From Elusimicrobia bacterium GWA2_61_42 (GTDB lineage: Bacteria > Elusimicrobiota > Elusimicrobia > Elusimicrobiales > UBA9959), in contig MGTU01000021.1 of NCBI GenBank assembly GCA_001799615.1, positions 27,268 to 91,267 of the forward strand: a DNA stretch of 64,000 nt, read 5' to 3'. Below the pieces are notes generated by a model. The model saw only the letters and a list, made by a program, of their open reading frames with translations. It did no database searches and had not been told where the DNA came from. Made by a program: the position numbers and the translations under genes. This document shows, in pieces, positions 36,401-42,400 of the stretch; the stretch's first letter is position 1; each line of letters begins with the position of its first letter.

Positions 36401-39400
36401 GGGCTTTCGCCCGCGCTTAATACCAGGGAGGGCAACAGGCCCGGCTACTGGCAGATAGAGGCCCGTTCCGGCGCCCTGCAGCACGCCGAACACCAGCTGC
36501 GCGTGGATCCCATAGACATCGCCAAGGTCTCTTTCGGCAACGCGCAGCGCACGCTGGTGGCCGGCAAGATAACCGATAACTTCGGCGTGCAGCAGCATTT
36601 CAAGGCCGAACTGCGCGATATGTTCGACAACCCGTCCCTGGCCACGGCCGCGGTGCGGGTCGCTATCTCTACGTTCACCCGCCAGCCTTCGCTGGTCAAC
36701 GATTCTTTCTCTTTCTCGGCTTCCACCGTCGCGGCCGCCGCCTTCCCGCCGGTCTTCGCTTCTACGGTGACCTACCTGGATATCCCGATCGATTCCTACT
36801 CCGCCACGTTCTATTACCTGGACACCACGGCTTCCAGCGTTTACGGCTCCACCCTGACGCTGCGGCCTTTGATAAAGCTCCAGGCGGACGACCAGCCGGC
36901 CTGGGCTTCCTCCACGCAGCCGGTGCACGTGCTGTCCGACTTCACCTACCGCGTGAACGTCAGCCTTAACGCCGGGCAGTCCGTGATGGCCGGCACCACC
37001 TCACAGATGTTCGCCATGTCCATAGAGGACAAGTTCGGCAACCCGACCCCCGTAGCCAGCGGCCAGGAGGACGCGATCGGGGCCGGCGTTTCGTTCAATA
37101 TGGATTCCGATTCCGCCGGCGACGTCAGGTTCTCGGCTCCCGACGTTTCCAGCTTCACGGTAAACCCCGGTTCCGCCAAAATGGCGCTGGGCGAGTCCGC
37201 CACCAGCTTCTACCTGATAGACACGCTGACTTCGCACCCGACGCACCAGCTCACTATAAATACCGTGATGGCCAAAGGCTGGCTGCCGGCCGTTTCCTCC
37301 TACACCGTGGTGCCCGCCCAGCCGGACCACGTGTATTTCCACACGACGCCCCGCCGCCTGGTGGCGGGAACCACGCTGCAGTACGCCGATTTTGCCCTCA
37401 ATCTCACCACGCCCACCGTGGTCAGCGTGGTGCTTAAAGACCGCTACGAGAACACTACCACCACCTCGTCGGTGGCTACGGTGCGCTTCTCGGCCGTGCG
37501 CAACACCACTTACGGCGGCATAGACCCGACCGAGTCGGTGCTGTCCTCCAACCCCAGCTGGAAGCTGCTGAAGACCAACCCGCTGGACCTGAGCATCTTC
37601 CCGGGCCAGAGCTTCGCCAATATCTATATCTGGGACACTATCGTGGGCACGGCCACCCTGACGGCGGACGCTTCCATCGCGGCGGACTTCGTGACTTTCC
37701 CCAGGATAACGCAGGAGGCGTATATCACGCCCAGCACGGCGGCTTACTTCACGCTGCACCACGCCTATAACCTGGGCAACCCCCTGCGCGTGCAGACCCC
37801 CGGCAACGTCACGCTGCGCGTCCGCGACAAGTTCGGCAATATTACCACCGGCGACACGGTGAACGGCAACTACTATACCGGCAAGATCAAGATGGCCACC
37901 AACTCCAGGGGGTCCGCTGACCTGCGCGACTGGCTGGCCAACACCACGGACTACACGTTCGTGCCGGCCGACCACGGCGAGCGCGAGCTGCTGCTGCAGG
38001 ATACCTTCGTGGAGACGCTCAAGGTCAACGTGACCGACTACCACAGCACCTCCATCTACGGCTACACCGGCGACAGCGCCCGCGGTATGCCGGTGGTCTC
38101 CAACGCCGACGTGGTGCTGTCCGGCCTGGTCATCACGCCCACGGACATGTCGCCCGAGGACCCGCTGCCCGTGGCGAAAGCGTCCATCGGCATCAACAAG
38201 TACGCCATGTACCAGGGCGACGGCGTCATAGCGGACGTGCCCGCCCCGGTGCCGATGCTGCGCCTGACCATGCAGACCTCCCCGATCGGCGCGCCGCCGG
38301 CCTACATGAAGTCGGTGCAGGTCAAGAGTTCCGGCACCCTGGCCTGGTCCGACATGGTGGAAGTCGCCATGTACGCCGACAACCCGACCTACGGCCAGAT
38401 CGGCGCTTTCGACGGCGAAACCGAGCTGGGCGGGGCGCCGGTGGATATCTTCATGTCCAGCGGCACCTATGACACCGGCCTGATGGCCTGGAGCTTCGAC
38501 GACCTGGCGGCCAAGGTGTCCACCGCCGCCCTGGTCTCCAACACGCCGCGCAACTTCTTCTTCGCCGTGCGCGTTTCCACCCTGGCCTCCACGCCGCGCA
38601 GCTTCGCCCTGGTGCTGGATAACCCGTCGTTCGTGGTGCTCAACTCCACCTTCGTCGGCGTGGCTTACAACAATTTCCCGATAGCCACCGCCACGTCGCC
38701 GGTGCGCAACCAGCCGGCCACCATTCAGATCCAGGGCGAAGACATCGCCGCCTGGTGGCAGCCTACCGTCGGCACCACCACGCTTACCCTGGGCCGGTAT
38801 CCTTACGTCGAGCAGGGCCAGGGCCGCGTCGGCTTCCTGGAGATCAAGGCCTGGACCGAGAATTTCATCGGCACCATAAAGTCGTTCAAGATCATCAAGA
38901 CGGGCACCGGCTCCGGCGCCGACCTCAGGAGCGTGCGCCTGTTCCTGGACTCCTCCGGCGGCGACCCTGACCTGGGCGACGGCATCTTCGCGGCCAGCAT
39001 CGACAAGGAGATCACCGACCCGCTGAACCCGCCGCTCTACGACGTCCTGGACCCGGACACCTTCGTGCTGCCGCTGATCAACCCCGGCATCGACGGCGCT
39101 ATTTCCGTCAGCACCCGCTCTTATTTCGTGGTCTACGAGTTCGGTTCCGACGCCATCTCCAGCATGACCCACGGCGCCCGCCTGGAAAACTCGGGCGTCA
39201 ACCTGGTGGACGGCGTGGTGGGCGCTTTCCAGCCGATAGTCTCCTCCACCGTGCCGCTTTACTCCACTGCGGACATAGTCTACCTGGTGGACGTGAACAA
39301 GTCGCAGCCCAACGATTTCTCCAAGCCCTCTTTCGTCACCCAGGACGACAGGGATAAGGCCGTGGTCAGGCTTACGATGCAGATCAACGGCTCCCAGGGT

Positions 39401-42400
39401 TCGGCCATCTGGAGCGGCCTCAAGCTGGACCGCTGGGTGACCGCGGCCGAGAACGGCAACACCCCGGTGTGGAACAAGGTCACCGACGTCAAGAAGATCA
39501 GCATCTGGCAGGACTCGAGCGGCAACGGCCTGCTGGAAACCACGGGTCTGGACAAGGATACCGAAGTGCTGATGATCGGCCCCAATCTGCGCACCTTCCC
39601 GTATGACGCGCTGAAGGCCCCCATCATGTCCACCGACACGGTCATCCGCGTGTACGACGTGCAGCGCTTCTTCGCGACCGACAGCCCTTTCCCGCCGGCG
39701 CCCGGCCGCCTTATCGTCAACGACGGCCAGGCCAACCCCGACCTGAAAGAGGTCATCTACTATTCCACCGTGGACGTGCTGGGCAACGCTTTCAGCGGCC
39801 TTACCCGCGGCGCCGAGGGGACCGTGGTGCCTTCCAGCTGGCCCGCCGGCACCATCCTCTCCGGCCAGGCCGTCCTGCCCATGATAGGCTCCGGCGGCGC
39901 CCTGGACGGGCAGGCTATCTATAACGTGGCCAAGGACTACTTCGTTACCTACGATATCGACCCGCTGGCCAACGTTTCCAATTTCGCGTATATCGGCATG
40001 GCCATCCGGAGCACGGACTATTTCATGATAGCCGCGCCCAAGCTGATGAGCACCGCCAACGTGGGCGTGACCGCCCCCGGCAAGTCGCTGTCGCTGATCG
40101 GTAAGGTGCGCGAATATTCCGACGAGGTTATCGTAAAGGCCACCGACACCATACTGGGGCCGACCTTGCAGCAGCAGGGCGTGGACCAGCCGGTCATGGC
40201 TTTCACGCTGGAGACCAACGTGGCCGACGCCATGTGGCGCTGGCTGACCGTTTACGCCACGGGCACCGTCATCCAGGACGGCACGGCCATCAACGACATC
40301 TCCGTGGTCAAGGTCTGGTACGACAAGGACAATAACGGTTTCCTGGGCGGCAGCGACGTGATGGTCGGGTCCGGCACTTTCGGCAATACCATCTACGGCC
40401 CTCTGACCGCCAGGGTGGACTTCGGGACCGAACAGCGGATAATTACGGCCCTCGAGGCCGCGAACAGCGCCATTTCGCACCGGTATTTCCTGACCTACGA
40501 CATCCGCGATTCGGCCATGCCTAACGACGCGCTGGGTAATCCGCGCTACCTCGGCGCCTACCTCAAGGCGGAATCCCTGCCCCAGGGCAGCCCTATCGTG
40601 GACGATCCGCGCAAGAACGCGCTGTCGCTGCCCAATTTCTTCTCCGCGGTCAACTCCAACCTGACCTTCGTTTCGAGGGTAAGGGAGATCATCTCGAGCC
40701 CCAGCACGGTGACCGTGCTGACCGAGCCTATCTTCTCGCCCGACTACTCCGCCTCCAAGCTTTCCGTACGCCTGGCCGACCACGTCAACACCATAGTGGC
40801 GCAGGACTCCAACTGGGTGGTCACTTCCACGGTGGGCCTGCCTTCTTCCGGCTACGCCGTGGTGGACAATGAAATAGTGCATTACGCCGGCACCACGGCC
40901 GGGGCGCTCAGCCTGGTCACGCGCGGCGCCTTCAACTCGCCCATCATCACCCACAGTTCCGGAACGGTGCTGGGCGGCATGATCTACCAGGGCATGATCA
41001 ACTACCCGTTCATGCAGATGACCCTGACCACCTCGGGCTACGGCGTGCGCTGGGTGGGCCTCAAGCTGTCGCGCAAGCAGCCGGCCAGCCTGGTAGGCTA
41101 CGACGACGACGTGGCCGTGGTAAGGGTGTGGAAAGACAACGGCAACGGCGTCTTCGACCGCGACGCGGCCACCGGTCTTAATACCTCCGATGTCATCGTC
41201 GGGTCGGGCCGCTTCGGCGCCAACGACCCGGTGGGCAAGGCTACCATCTACGTGAAAGACCCCGCGCTCAACGACCAGAACTACGTGGTAGTAAAATCCA
41301 CGCCCATCCTGATCTTCGTTTCCATGGACATCGACAAGGCGTCCAGGTTCTCCAACGTCCTGCTCAGCCCGCAGAACGACGTCCTGGGCGTGGAGATCCC
41401 CTTCGAGACCAACTTCCTGTTCGGCCCGGAGAATTCCGGCCATACCGCCCAGTTCCTGTCGCCCGCCCTGAGCCAGCTTAACGCGCTGCTGCCGACGCTG
41501 AACAACATCACGCTGACGCCCGAGGACATCTCGCCCGTCAGCGTGACGCAGAACGACAAGAACGTGGGCGTGCTGGCCATGCGCCTGGTCACGGACAAGA
41601 CCTCCGCGCGCGTAGAGGCCATAAAGCTGGACCGCCGCGGGTCCGCCAACGACTCGGATATAGACCTGATCAAGGTCTGGAAGGATTCCAACGACAACTG
41701 CATCCTGGACTCCGTGGACACCTCCAGCAGCGGCGCCGGCGTCTACCCGAACCTGGCCAGCTACGGCAACGAGTCCTTCTCGTCCAGCACCGTCAATATA
41801 GCGCTGAAGAACCCCATCGTGGTCACCACCAACCCGGTCTGCGCTTTCATCAGCTACGACATGTCGCAGTTCGCCATTATCGGCAGCACGGCCGGGCTTT
41901 CCATCAACTCGACCGCTTACGTGACCATAGGTATTCCCAACACGGTCACGCTGACCACCTGGCCCGTGAATACCATGCCCATGGTGGTCTGGGAGATCCC
42001 GTCGAACGTGGCGCTGGGCGCCAACGACGTGGCCAACGAGCTGGTGCTGGCCGGCGGCGTCAACCAGGCCCAGCTCAAGGCCCCGATGCTGAGGTTCAAC
42101 CTGGCCACCGAGGCCGGCAACGCCCGCTGGAGCGCCATAAAGGTGCAGCGCACCGGCGCTTCCAACGACCCGAACGCGCCGTTCGGCAAGAATACCGACG
42201 TCAAGCTGATAACCATTTACCAGGATTCCAACCAGAACGACATGCTGGACGTGAACGACGTGAATATTTCCGAGGCGAGGAGCATCATCCTCAACGCTTT
42301 CACGTCCACCGACACCCTGCCGTTCAACCTGGTGCTGGCCTCCACCGCCGGTTTCCCCGTTTCGGGCCGGCTCTATATCGAGGAGGCCGAGCTGGTGTCT